Origin: Octopus bimaculoides
Taxonomy: Eukaryota
Length of the DNA stretch: 64,000 nucleotides
Assembly (NCBI RefSeq): GCF_001194135.2
Contig: NC_068990.1
Coordinates: forward strand, 69,119,720-69,183,719
Direction of reading: 5' to 3'
Positions 51,461-62,660 of this stretch are shown here, in pieces. The stretch's first letter is position 1. The number at the start of each line of letters is the position of its first letter. Position numbers and translations under genes: made by a program. The notes below the pieces were generated by a model that was given only the letters and a program-made list of their open reading frames with translations, was not told the DNA's origin and searched no databases.

Positions 51461-51550
51461 CTGATGCAATACTAGGCACTGGTTCTTATGGCATCTGATC
51501 TTAACTTATTGGAAATGTTTTGTTCTGGTGTAAAAGATGGACTACAACAA
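51459..51550. mobile_element. Unclassified ~550-bp repeat, copy 3 (terminal fragment, runs into gap)
   Basis: CTCTGATGCAATACTAGGCACTGG..TGGCATCTGATCTTAAC..AAAAGATGGACTACA matches 52234-52330. Preceded by (TAA)n. Confidence 0.75.
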
Positions 51551-52150
51551 NNNNNNNNNNNNNNNNNNNNNNNNNNNNNNNNNNNNNNNNNNNNNNNNNN
51601 NNNNNNNNNNNNNNNNNNNNNNNNNNNNNNNNNNNNNNNNNNNNNNNNNNNNNNNNNNNNNNNNNNNNNNNNNNNNNNNNNNNNNNNNNNNNNNNNNNNN
51701 NNNNNNNNNNNNNNNNNNNNNNNNNNNNNNNNNNNNNNNNNNNNNNNNNNNNNNNNNNNNNNNNNNNNNNNNNNNNNNNNNNNNNNNNNNNNNNNNNNNN
51801 NNNNNNNNNNNNNNNNNNNNNNNNNNNNNNNNNNNNNNNNNNNNNNNNNNNNNNNNNNNNNNNNNNNNNNNNNNNNNNNNNNNNNNNNNNNNNNNNNNNN
51901 NNNNNNNNNNNNNNNNNNNNNNNNNNNNNNNNNNNNNNNNNNNNNNNNNNNNNNNNNNNNNNNNNNNNNNNNNNNNNNNNNNNNNNNNNNNNNNNNNNNN
52001 NNNNNNNNNNNNNNNNNNNNNNNNNNNNNNNNNNNNNNNNNNNNNNNNNNNNNNNNNNNNNNNNNNNNNNNNNNNNNNNNNNNNNNNNNNNNNNNNNNNN
52101 NNNNNNNNNNNNNNNNNNNNNNNNNNNNNNNNNNNNNNNNNNNNNNNNNN

Positions 52151-52233
<83 letters not shown>

Positions 52234-52774
52234 GCCCTGATGCAGTACCAGGCAGTGACTCTCATGGCTTCTGATCTTGACTGATTTTAAGTGTTATCAT
52301 GCACACTGTTTTGCCTTGGTTATAAAAGATGGGCTACAGCAAATATTCTACTCAATACCACAGATCTGCTTGTCATTTGTTTGACCTTAACCAGTTGAGC
52401 ATATCTCTTAGTGGCTGACGATATGTGCATCTCTGATCACGAGTAGAAGTAGTGGGGGAACATCATAGCCATGTGTTGAGAGGAATTATTTCGGGTTTGG
52501 ATAATTTACCTTTGGAAACATGGGTGTTTCTTTCGACATCCTTAAACAATCCTTATTCAAAGGCCTTTTGAGCGGGATGGGCTACTCGACCCGAAGAAAA
52601 TTCTAACTGGGCCCCATCTGCAAAATCATGCGCAGTTTATCTTGACATAAGATTATCAAGTCGCGCACATATAGTTGTGATGCATGTGCTTGGTGTACCC
52701 TTATCAGATGGGCAGTCATGATAGGTGTACTGGGCTTCGTATATTTTTCCCCAGTATGCACTACTCTCTCACTC
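52234..52774. mobile_element. Unclassified ~550-bp dispersed repeat, copy 2
   Basis: GCCCTGATGCAGTACCAGGCAG...CTCTCTCACTC, flanked by (TTA)n and (AAT)n. Reverse complement of 42685-43277. Confidence 0.85.
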
Positions 52775-52802
52775 AATAATAATAATGATAATAATAATCA
52801 TA

Positions 52803-52994
52803 ATCCTTTCTACTATAGGCACAAGGCCTGGATTGGGGGGGAGCGGGACAGTCGGTCACATCGACCCTAGTACTCCCAAAAGGATGAAAGGCAAAGTCAA
52901 CCTCGGCGGAATTTGAACTCAGAACGTAACGACTGGCGAAATACTGCCAAGCATTTCGTCCAGCATGCTAACGATTCTGCCAGCTCGCTGCCTT
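52803..52994 (-). mobile_element. SINE family A
   Basis: CCTTTCTACTATAGGCACAAGG..GGATGAAAGGCAAAGTCAACCTCGGCGGAATTTGAACTCAGAAC..TAACGATTCTGCCAGCTCGC. Confidence 0.88.
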
Positions 52995-53169
52995 TGTAAT
53001 AATAATAATAATATTTGATGCCAAAACATTGAGAATTACATCAAAAGATGAAATTCATCGCACAAAATGTGAGGTTTTGCATCGATCAAAAGAGAAATAA
53101 GAATAACAATACCACAACAAAAGATAAAAACAGAATTCAGAAAAATAAGTAAATGAGTATATAAATAAA

Positions 53170-53400
53170 TAGAATCCCCTGTAGCGGAGCAGTCCACCTA
53201 AAGGTAATGCTGAGAAAACCCCGCTAAAATGTTCCGAATTTCTCTACCACATCTAAAACATCAGAAAAGCATACTTGATGTAACTCCATTCAGCTTGCTA
53301 ATTTTGCCTCTTTCAACCCTTCCAACCCTCAACTTCCTTTTCAAATGATACTTGAAGAAATTGATGAGAACTTCGCCACGTTGAAAAATAGCTGTCTTCA
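53170..53400 (-). mobile_element. Short Tx1-like LINE 3' fragment
   Basis: Minus strand KTAIFQRGEVLINFFKYHLKRKLRV resembles the ORF2 C-terminus seen at 10300-10450 (LVQLILYHLRGK). Confidence 0.45.
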
Positions 53401-53837
53401 ATAATATAAAATAACAACAACAGATTAGTTTACATATACAATCATAGATTTTAAAACATTCAACAAAAGAACGCTGTTTTCTAAAATAAAATGCACTTGT
53501 CTTACAGAATAATATTAATATATATGTATTTTATTTTTACATATATTAGCTATTATTTTCGTCGTATATACACTTAATATGTTTTGCAATAAATTATAAG
53601 ATTTCTTTCTCATAAAAAATAGCTATTTTATACTATAATAAATTACTTGATAGAGGAATATGGTTTCAGACTATCAACTTGACATTACGATCATATTCTA
53701 CTCGTTTATGTTCATATTGCACTGTATATGTTATTCATTGCCTCAGCTGCGACATTTATTTATGAACATAAGTTTATATTTAATAACAAAATCATAAGTA
53801 AAAATATAACACACACACGCAGACACACACTCAAACA

Positions 53838-54056
<219 letters not shown>

Positions 54057-54124
54057 TAAAAAATATATCACCTGTGTTATGTAACGTAAAGAATTGGTGT
54101 CGCTAAATCTTTGTATTCCTACAG

Positions 54125-54339
54125 AACGCCGACAAGCTGACGCCAACACCCCTGCGCAACAAGCGAACCTAACAATACCTATCGTTGTTGTAATGACAAA
54201 AACTAGTCGACTTGGAACTGGCCAATGGAGACCGCAATACCCAGAAGACATTCTAAATTCCTTTTTAAATTCTCTTCACTTTCCACCCGAAAATCTCATG
54301 TGGAGGAGGCGTCCTACGCTCACGAAAAAAATTACATAA
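54125..54339 (+). CDS. Candidate exon (phase 1 start, open to stop), product unknown
   Basis: Strong acceptor CTTTGTATTCCTACAG|, then RRQADANTPAQQANLTIPIVVVMTKTSRLGTGQWRPQYPEDILNSFLNSLHFPPENLMWRRRPTLTKKIT*. The other two frames stop early. The island is GC-richer than its flanks. Confidence 0.4.
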
Positions 54340-54450
54340 TGTGAATTCAAACTGCTATTAGACACATGTAACTCCAAACAAATATTTTGAATGTTACTTT
54401 TATTTGTCCACTCACTCATATGTGTGTGCGTGTGTGTGTATGTATGTATA

Positions 54451-54487
<37 letters not shown>

Positions 54488-55434
54488 NNNNNNNNNNNNN
54501 NNNNNNNNNNNNNNNNNNNNNNNNNNNNNNNNNNNNNNNNNNNNNNNNNNNNNNNNNNNNNNNNNNNNNNNNNNNNNNNNNNNNNNNNNNNNNNNNNNNN
54601 NNNNNNNNNNNNNNNNNNNNNNNNNNNNNNNNNNNNNNNNNNNNNNNNNNNNNNNNNNNNNNNNNNNNNNNNNNNNNNNNNNNNNNNNNNNNNNNNNNNN
54701 NNNNNNNNNNNNNNNNNNNNNNNNNNNNNNNNNNNNNNNNNNNNNNNNNNNNNNNNNNNNNNNNNNNNNNNNNNNNNNNNNNNNNNNNNNNNNNNNNNNN
54801 NNNNNNNNNNNNNNNNNNNNNNNNNNNNNNNNNNNNNNNNNNNNNNNNNNNNNNNNNNNNNNNNNNNNNNNNNNNNNNNNNNNNNNNNNNNNNNNNNNNN
54901 NNNNNNNNNNNNNNNNNNNNNNNNNNNNNNNNNNNNNNNNNNNNNNNNNNNNNNNNNNNNNNNNNNNNNNNNNNNNNNNNNNNNNNNNNNNNNNNNNNNN
55001 NNNNNNNNNNNNNNNNNNNNNNNNNNNNNNNNNNNNNNNNNNNNNNNNNNNNNNNNNNNNNNNNNNNNNNNNNNNNNNNNNNNNNNNNNNNNNNNNNNNN
55101 NNNNNNNNNNNNNNNNNNNNNNNNNNNNNNNNNNNNNNNNNNNNNNNNNNNNNNNNNNNNNNNNNNNNNNNNNNNNNNNNNNNNNNNNNNNNNNNNNNNN
55201 NNNNNNNNNNNNNNNNNNNNNNNNNNNNNNNNNNNNNNNNNNNNNNNNNNNNNNNNNNNNNNNNNNNNNNNNNNNNNNNNNNNNNNNNNNNNNNNNNNNN
55301 NNNNNNNNNNNNNNNNNNNNNNNNNNNNNNNNNNNNNNNNNNNNNNNNNNNNNNNNNNNNNNNNNNNNNNNNNNNNNNNNNNNNNNNNNNNNNNNNNNNN
55401 NNNNNNNNNNNNNNNNNNNNNNNNNNNNNATATA

Positions 55435-55563
55435 CAGGGTGATTCAAAAGTCGCCATATATAAGAACAATTTATTTTTTTATAGGAAACAGTTTTTTTAT
55501 ATTTAACTGTTTCTTATAAAAAAATAATTTTTTCCTATGCATGGTGACTTTTGAATCACCCTG
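55435..55563. mobile_element. 129-bp Tc1/mariner-type foldback MITE with TA duplication
   Basis: TA-CAGGGTGATTCAAAAGTCGCCAT...ATGGTGACTTTTGAATCACCCTG-TA. Inner arms AATTTATTTTTTATAGGAAACAGT / ACTGTTTCTTATAAAAAAATAATT are also complementary. Confidence 0.92.
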
Positions 55564-55570
55564 TATATAC

Positions 55571-55603
<33 letters not shown>

Positions 55604-55789
55604 TACATAGCTTATAATTTTATACTTATGTGTGTGTGTGTATGCGTTTGTAGTATATTTTGTGTGTACAAATAGATGTATGACTGCTGATGTTACGTTT
55701 AGAGTACCACGTAGATTATCATCATCCAGTCTGCTTCTAGTATAGTAGTTAAGCAACTACTATACTTTATGGTATTACTTGTTATGATG

Positions 55790-57051
55790 TACAGAGGAAA
55801 AGTAAGAGAAATAAAGATAAGCACGTGTTTATATTCTTTGTTCCCACATATGTTTCACCAATACACTGAACTGTGAAAGAAACGTGAGACGTGTGTGACT
55901 GTGAAATAAGTTTTAATTTAAGTATGTCAGAGATAAATTTTGATAAATCTGATAAAGTCAATTTCTTGGATGCACTTTGACCACAATCTATGGGTCGTTG
56001 TCATGTGTTCTGGTAGTGGACGAATCCAATACATCGTTGCAGGAGCGTGACATCGCCTCCCTGTGTGCTCAAAACGGCCAAACATCTTCGGTACATGGAG
56101 AGCATGAGGCGGTTCACAAAAGCCATTGGCACCTGTGCTCACACCCTGAGCAAAGTTGCCTCTAGTTCCACATGACTTGTCGGCTTTGGGACCATCTGGT
56201 TCAGCCGTCTATGGATTTTATCCCACATTTATTCAATTCGGTTTAAATCCATGCTGAGAGCCGATCACGGCATAGTTCTAATGCTGTGCTGACATAGGAA
56301 GTCCATGGTGACCCTGGCCGTGTGGGAGGGAGCATTTTCCTGCTGGAACACGTCGCTATGATGACGTGCGAAGAAGGGCACGGTGTGAGGTCTTAAGATC
56401 TGGTCAATGCAGTGATGCCATTCCCTCTGCCTGCACCAACATTTGGAAAATATGGAGTCCAATTCTCTGATTCAGGCCTAAAGCACCCCAAACCATGATG
56501 CTTTGGTCAGCCCACGCGTCCCTTTCCATGACACATGCGTCTCTGGGGCATTCGCCCACACTCTCACTCAGTCATCCGAGGTGGAAACGCAGTACTGGAT
56601 CTCGTCAGAGAAGACTATCGATCTCCATTGATGATGCCACCAATGTCGGTGCTGTGTAGCCCATTATAATCGTGCCTGGCGGTGGCGGGTGGTGAGGACA
56701 GGCCCTCGAGCAGAAAGACGGCAACACAGGTTGTTGGCGGCCAGTCGACGTTGTACCGTGTCGTCACTGATGGGTCACTATCCAGTGCCAATGGTCTCGC
56801 GGGCTGTCACTCTGGCCGGTCTGAAACGTCGGAGATGTTGCAGGTGGATGAAGCGGTCCTACCTGGGCGTGGTCACCCGGTGGGGGGGGACCCTTTCTCG
56901 ATACGGTCCGCAGTGCTGTTGGTGTTGTTGAATCGCTGTTGCAGGTGATATATAGTGCTGACATGTACATTGTAAGCTTTCGCAACAACCTGGGTACGCT
57001 GTCCTGCTTGCAATCGGCTGATAGCTTGTTCTCTCTGCGCTACGGACAATC
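55790..57051 (-). mobile_element. Decayed Tc1-like transposon lacking its 5' end
   Basis: Minus strand: paired-like HTH RLSVAQREQAISRLQAG..VAKAYNVHVSTI, WRSIVFSDE, VFQQENAPSH, *SALSMDLNRIE*MWD (SPDLNPIE motif) and LSMYRRCLAV..QGG. The start codon region abuts the 3' end of the element at 57052-58098. The left boundary is approximate. Confidence 0.85.
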
Positions 57052-58098
57052 TATTCTTTATTAATCATTAAGGTCGAAACACATATTGGACACCACAAGG
57101 ACAGACAAGAAAAATGCGTTGGAATGTGAAAAAATGAAAAAGGTGGAATGACGGCTACCCGAACCCCACATCCCAAGCAGCCTCATTGCACTGTTTTTTT
57201 TATAAAAATATTTACAAATTAAGTTACTTTTTCTTTTTTCTTTCCTCTTCCTCTGCTTTTTACCCTTTTTTTTTACTTAAAAGCGGTTACTTTGCGATAA
57301 CAAGAGCGTCTAAGTCTCTTTTAATTCACGGTGACTCTCCCTATCAATGAACACAGATATCATATAAGAGGAAATACCCCCGACCGGCAGGTTCACCCTT
57401 ATGATTGATTTTAGTCCTACCTTTTTCACTAGTGCTGCTTTCCTTGCCTCATATAACGATACAAAAGCCGTTTTTTCTTTGAGGCTCCAATGTGTTTGTA
57501 TGTGTATTTGTGTGTGTGCAGGTTCTGAGCCAGGTTTTAGTGGGGCTGGGCGAGAAATGATGTCTGTGGGGTAGGATGGGGTCTAGTATCCGTGGAGTGG
57601 TTATTCCTCCTCTTTCTTCTTTTTCTCTTGGAGACGTTGGTCCATTCGTTCTCTTCTGTTGCCTTTATCTCTTTCTCATCACATTTCTTTTCTGTCTCTG
57701 CGTCTGTCGCCGTATGAGGTGGAGGTGCGGTTTCCTTCGCCACTGGAGGTACCACCGGTGCCTTTGCGGGAGGAGGAGGGCATTCTGCCCTTATGTAGCC
57801 TTTCTGGCCACACTTGAAGCATCGAAGCTTCCTGCCCTCCATCACTACCCTCAGTCTCTTGTCACCCACCAAAATGGTGTCCACAATACTTTCCATGTTC
57901 TCCTGGACAGCTTAAATGATCATCTCCAACCCCTTTCTTAGCCAGTTTTGCTTTGGTATTCTTGATGCTTGGAGGATTGTTATCCTCTCCTCCAAGCCTA
58001 ATGTTATCGCCACTGCCAGCCAGGCATCATCCACTTCTGGTGGGATTTTTTTTACCCTTACCCTAAAAATTCGCCTCCCAAGGTATGTTGGTACTACT
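57052..58098 (-). mobile_element. Internally deleted Tx1-like retroelement retaining ORF1 (gag-like zinc knuckle) and 3' UTR
   Basis: YLGRRIFRVRVKKIPPEVDDAWL..., then VVMEGRKLRCFKCGQKGYIRAECPPP (CX2CX4[H>Y]X4C) and a basic patch WTNVSKRKRRK (57537-58090). No endonuclease or RT follows. The 3' UTR ends with AATAAA (plus-strand TTTATT 57057-57062). Confidence 0.75.
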
Positions 58099-58119
58099 GT
58101 GTGTGTGTGTGATATATCA

Positions 58120-58156
<37 letters not shown>

Positions 58157-58411
58157 GCACAGAAGGATAAGTTCCTGAAACTATTACAATATTCTTTCGG
58201 ATATTAAATATTTACTTCAAAACTTTTGAAAAAAATGACGCAGAAGTTATGTAAGAGATGGAGATTTTTTGTGCTCAAGTTTTCAAAACCTACGTCTAGT
58301 GAGAATACAGATTTGCATATGAAAAGTTACTCTCCAAAGAGCATGCGTGGGATTTTTCTGGGTTTTTTTTTCTTTCTTCTTGTATGAAAGTCTAGAGTTA
58401 TCTAAATATAG

Positions 58412-58513
58412 ACATTACCTTTCGGCACACCACCGATGTTGTTCAAAAGCAAGAAGATTACCAATGGACTACAGCACCATACCGTCACAGAGATTGCTGT
58501 GAGAACATAAATG
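58412..58513 (+). CDS. Candidate internal exon (phase 1-1), product unknown
   Basis: AAATATAG| ITFRHTTDVVQKQEDYQWTTAPYRHRDCCENIN |GTCGGA. Both splice sites are mediocre. Confidence 0.2.
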
Positions 58514-58836
58514 GTCGGAACTTATACAGACCCGAATGAGTCTCTGCATAATAAACACACACACACAGACACAGACACACACTATATATATATACTATAC
58601 ACTGTGATTGCTCGTTCTTCTCAAATGATTGCTGTCTCTCTAGTTTGCACGCTGTCAATGACATTTCTAACTTTTCTATTCATGACCTTTCAGATTTTTC
58701 TATTCATGACCTTTCAGATGACTGTTTAGTCCTGCTGCCAATTTGCATGGTTTGAAGCATAACTGTACACACATACATGTATACATACACACATACATAC
58801 ATACATACAGACAGACAGACAGACAGACAGACACAC

Positions 58837-58891
<55 letters not shown>

Positions 58892-59134
58892 GCTCGTGAA
58901 AGAATTCAGATATAGTCATACATTCATATATGGACACGCACGCACACGCGCATGCACACACTTAAACACATGCGCACACTCATACAATACACGCACATGC
59001 AATTCATTTCCGGGTTTGTTTTTTAACAGATCTTAATATTTTTTCTAACATGGTAATGCTTTTATGGAATATGCATGGTAGGAAAGCATAAAGAATTAAC
59101 GCGTAGGTCACTAGGTAACTTTCCTAAACAACAC

Positions 59135-59175
<41 letters not shown>

Positions 59176-59188
59176 TTGTCGCTTTTAG

Positions 59189-59308
59189 TACAGATGTAAC
59201 GACGTGCAAAAGACCAGTAATCAATTAGATGGCAGCTTTACCCTGACACGTTCCATTAATTTTGTTCCAGATTCACCGATTTGTTCTCATTATATTGCAG
59301 ACAATTAA
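59189..59308 (+). CDS. Candidate terminal exon (phase 0), product unknown
   Basis: Strong acceptor TCTTTTGTCGCTTTTAG|, then YRCNDVQKTSNQLDGSFTLTRSINFVPDSPICSHYIADN*. Confidence 0.2.
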   Translation, partial: YRCNDVQKTSNQLDGSFTLTRSINFVPDSPICSHYIADN

Positions 59309-59555
59309 CGCAGTCAATCACAATGGTTTTACTTTGCTTCGTTTTGTAATTCATATTTTCTTTAATCTTGAATTCTTTTGCCATTGTTGAACTTTTTGAT
59401 TTTACCGTGTTCAATAAAATCACGCGTCCCACAACGAAGGTTTTACACGTTTTTGTCTCGCATAACTTCTTCCGCCTGTAAATGAATTTTACCTTTGTTA
59501 TTTTTACGATTTGGCGGTGGTCTTCTTCGACTGTTAATAATTGTTAGGCTCTTTG

Positions 59556-59772
59556 AAGCCAGTGAGCGAACAGAATCATTATCACGCCATGCAAAACGTT
59601 TAGCAACATTGCGTCTGTCTTTGTGTTCCGAGTTCAAATTCCGCTGTGGTCGATTTTGCTTTTCACCACATTCAGGATTGACAAACAAGCACCAGTTGAG
59701 CCCTGACGTCGATGCAATCGACTTACCTCCTCCTTAGAAATTACTGGCCTTGTACCAAAATTTAAAATCAAT
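59556..59772 (+). mobile_element. SINE family A, diverged
   Basis: CAGAATCATTATC..GAGTTCAAATTCCGC..GTCGATTTTGCTTTTCA..GCACCAGTTGAG..GTCGATGCAATCGACTT. Confidence 0.8.
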
Positions 59773-60043
59773 ATTTATAGGCTCTTTAATAGCTTTTACT
59801 TGGATTTAATGCTTGGTATAGAATAGGAATGCATCGATTTGTGGAATATAGGATGGGGTTTCTATGACTGCGGCTGACTAAAAACGGAATATTTCTGTTT
59901 GTGATTTCGTCCTCGTTGTAAAAGTTTATTCATAAGTGATGTATTGGGATTTGTTAGGCTTTTCTTTATCTTTTTTCTTTTACTTGGTTCAGTCACTGGA
60001 CTGCAGCCATGCTCGGGTGCTGCAAAGACCAGTTGACACAAAC

Positions 60044-60110
<67 letters not shown>

Positions 60111-60111
<1 letters not shown>

Positions 60112-60498
60112 TCTTTTATTCTTTTATACGTTTCAGTCATTTGACTGCGGCCATGCTGGAGCACCGCCTTAAAGGGTTTTCATTGAACAAATCGACCCCA
60201 GGACTTATTCTTTGTAAGCCTACTAATTCTATCGGTCACTTTACCGAACTACTAAGTTTCGGGGACATAAACACACAAATATCGGTTGTCAATTGATGGT
60301 GGGGGATAAACACAGACACAGACACCCACACATAAATATATATGCATATATATAGACGACAGGCTTCTTTCAGTTTCCGTCTACCAAATCCACTCACAAG
60401 GCTTTCGTCGGCTCGGGACTATAGTAGAAGACACTTGCCCAAGTGAACCGGAATCTATATGATTGCAAAGTGAGCTTCTCAGCCACACAGCCATGCCT
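60111..60498 (-). mobile_element. Near full-length SINE family B with short internal microsatellite seed
   Basis: Reverse complement of 19304-19795. The internal (TA)/(TG) segment is only ~45 bp (60312-60356). An extra 3'-tail fragment lies at ~59975-60030. Confidence 0.9.
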
Positions 60499-60566
60499 TT
60501 ATACCATTATTTATAAAATCTTTCTGATATTTTTATCAGTAGAGGCATAGTGTTAAGTTCTTTCCT

Positions 60567-60644
<78 letters not shown>

Positions 60645-60645
<1 letters not shown>

Positions 60646-62660
60646 TAATTAAATCGTTAACTATTGCACATAGACATCTCACCATATTAAATAGTCCGTT
60701 TCTTTTAGTATGGAATGGCTGACAAGATTTAAAGCTTAAATATTCATATGTGTCTATCTTAGCAGTAGAGATCAGCTTTAATAATCATATTTCCATAAAT
60801 TATCAGAATGTCCAGAAACAGAAGTTTCCTTTCATTCACTTCCATTGTGAATTTGATCGTTTAATGAACGTTATTAAGATTTTCCATATTTGTGTTCCAA
60901 AATATGAATCATCGAAGAATCACTTTCACTTTTCTTTCAAATTGAGTTTTGAAACTCTGATCATAAATAATTCCAAATCGAATTTTTCTTCTAAGATTCC
61001 CAGCAGTGTAAAAGTATTTGAAGGTTTTCCAGCATCAATTGTAGTCCTTTAGAATTATCGATAGCTATTCGTCTATCTAGAATTTCACTACATCTTATCT
61101 TAATTCATGCGGAATATTTGCGCAGAGGCTGGTCACCTCAAAACTAACCAGGATCGTTTCTGTATTTACTCATATGGAATATGACTTAAAATATCCACGT
61201 CATTGCTGATGTAACTGGAAACCAATTTGCTTAATGGATTCAATATGATGTGCAGCAGATTGCTTTATAGCTGGATGTGATGTTGGTCCTACAACAATCG
61301 GGCGCGTTAAATAGCATCTTTTTTTTTTAGTATGCGATAGATGACAAAATTTAAAGTTTAAATATTGGTGTATGTCCGTCTTTGCTGTAGACTTCAGTTG
61401 TTATAATATTTTCTTTAATTATCCAAGTGTCCAGAAACGGAAGTTTCCATTGTGAATCTGATCGTCTAATGAATGTTATTAAGATCTACCCTATTTCTCT
61501 TCCAAAATATGAGTCATAGAAAAATCATTTTCACTTTTCTTTCGAATTGTGTTTTGAAACTCTGATAAAAACATAATAATTCCAAATTGAAATTTATCTT
61601 TTTTCTTCTAAGAATCCCAACAAGTCTTGTAAAAATATTTGAAGGTAATATTGATTGTTACAACAAAGAAGTTCTTTTCTAACATCAACTGTAATCTTTC
61701 TAATATGATTTCCTTTAAGAATCTCGACTAAATTTTTGATTGATATTTGTCTGTCCAGAATGTTACTGAAGTGGCCAGTCTCTGTGTAGAGACTGGCCAC
61801 TTCAGAACTAACCAGAATCGTCTGAATATTTACTCTTTTTGGAATGTGATTTAAATCTCTCCGTCACCTCTGATGAAACTTGGAACCAATTTCCATAATG
61901 GATTCAATCAGTAGATTGTTTAATCGTTGAGTGCTTGACGTTGGGTCCTAGAACAATTGTACGTAATAATAAATTCAGGCACTTTTGAAATCTTCACATA
62001 AGATAGAGGTTCTTTAGGCTGCTAAGGATTTCTTCAGATTTATGAATTTTCGTTCCTCCATAGAAGTTGTTTGTTTATGCCACGACTATTTAAACAATCC
62101 AACTGTTTTTCTGTCAAATTATTTTTGAATTTGTTCGTTAATTTACCAGTTTTGTTCCTTCTTTGTTCGTCTGCATTGGTTTCTAACTTTTCTTAATATT
62201 GATCATTTTATTGTTCTAATACCATTCCTCACTAATGGAACTTGTGCATTATAACAATGGCTCATCCTTTGTCAGCTTCTTTCATGACTGTAGAGGAATT
62301 TTTCTGTATATTTTTCAATACTTTCTTTGCTTTCATTTGTAATGTTTGGTTTTATACGATTTGCTAGGATGATTGGGTTCGCTGATCTTTTCAGACACGT
62401 TATAAATTCCTCGAAGTATTTATTCCTGCTCATTGGAGATTTAATGATGATGATTCTTTATAATCCTTCTTTTGGAAAAATTCCTGTAGTCGAAATTCTC
62501 TATAAAATTCCTCAGAATGCTTAATACGATCAGTTCTTTCAGGTTTTTGAAGTTGGTGTAAATTTAAGTCCATATTCTAAATGTTTTATATTTTTTTTAT
62601 ATTTTATGGATTTCCAGAAATTTATCACTTCTGGATCAGGTAATTCAATTTTTTTTTATC
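60645..62660 (-). mobile_element. Penelope-like retroelement RT remnant with tandem duplicated RT core
   Basis: Minus strand: LEYGLKFTPT, FYREFRLQEFF, VMKEADKG*AIVIM, TRPIV, ILVSFEVTSLCANIPH, IKFTME...LFLDILI and EYLSFKSCQPFHTKRN, all characteristic of PLE RT. The RT core plus thumb occurs twice (~60645-61320 and ~61320-61960). Heavily frameshifted. Confidence 0.85.

Noticed and set aside
58672-58719. Short tandem duplications (24-bp x2 here; 22-bp x2 at 63442-63493; 10-bp x3 at ~50501-50530)
   Set aside because: Only 2-3 units with no unique spacers, so they are not CRISPR-like. Ordinary slippage duplications.
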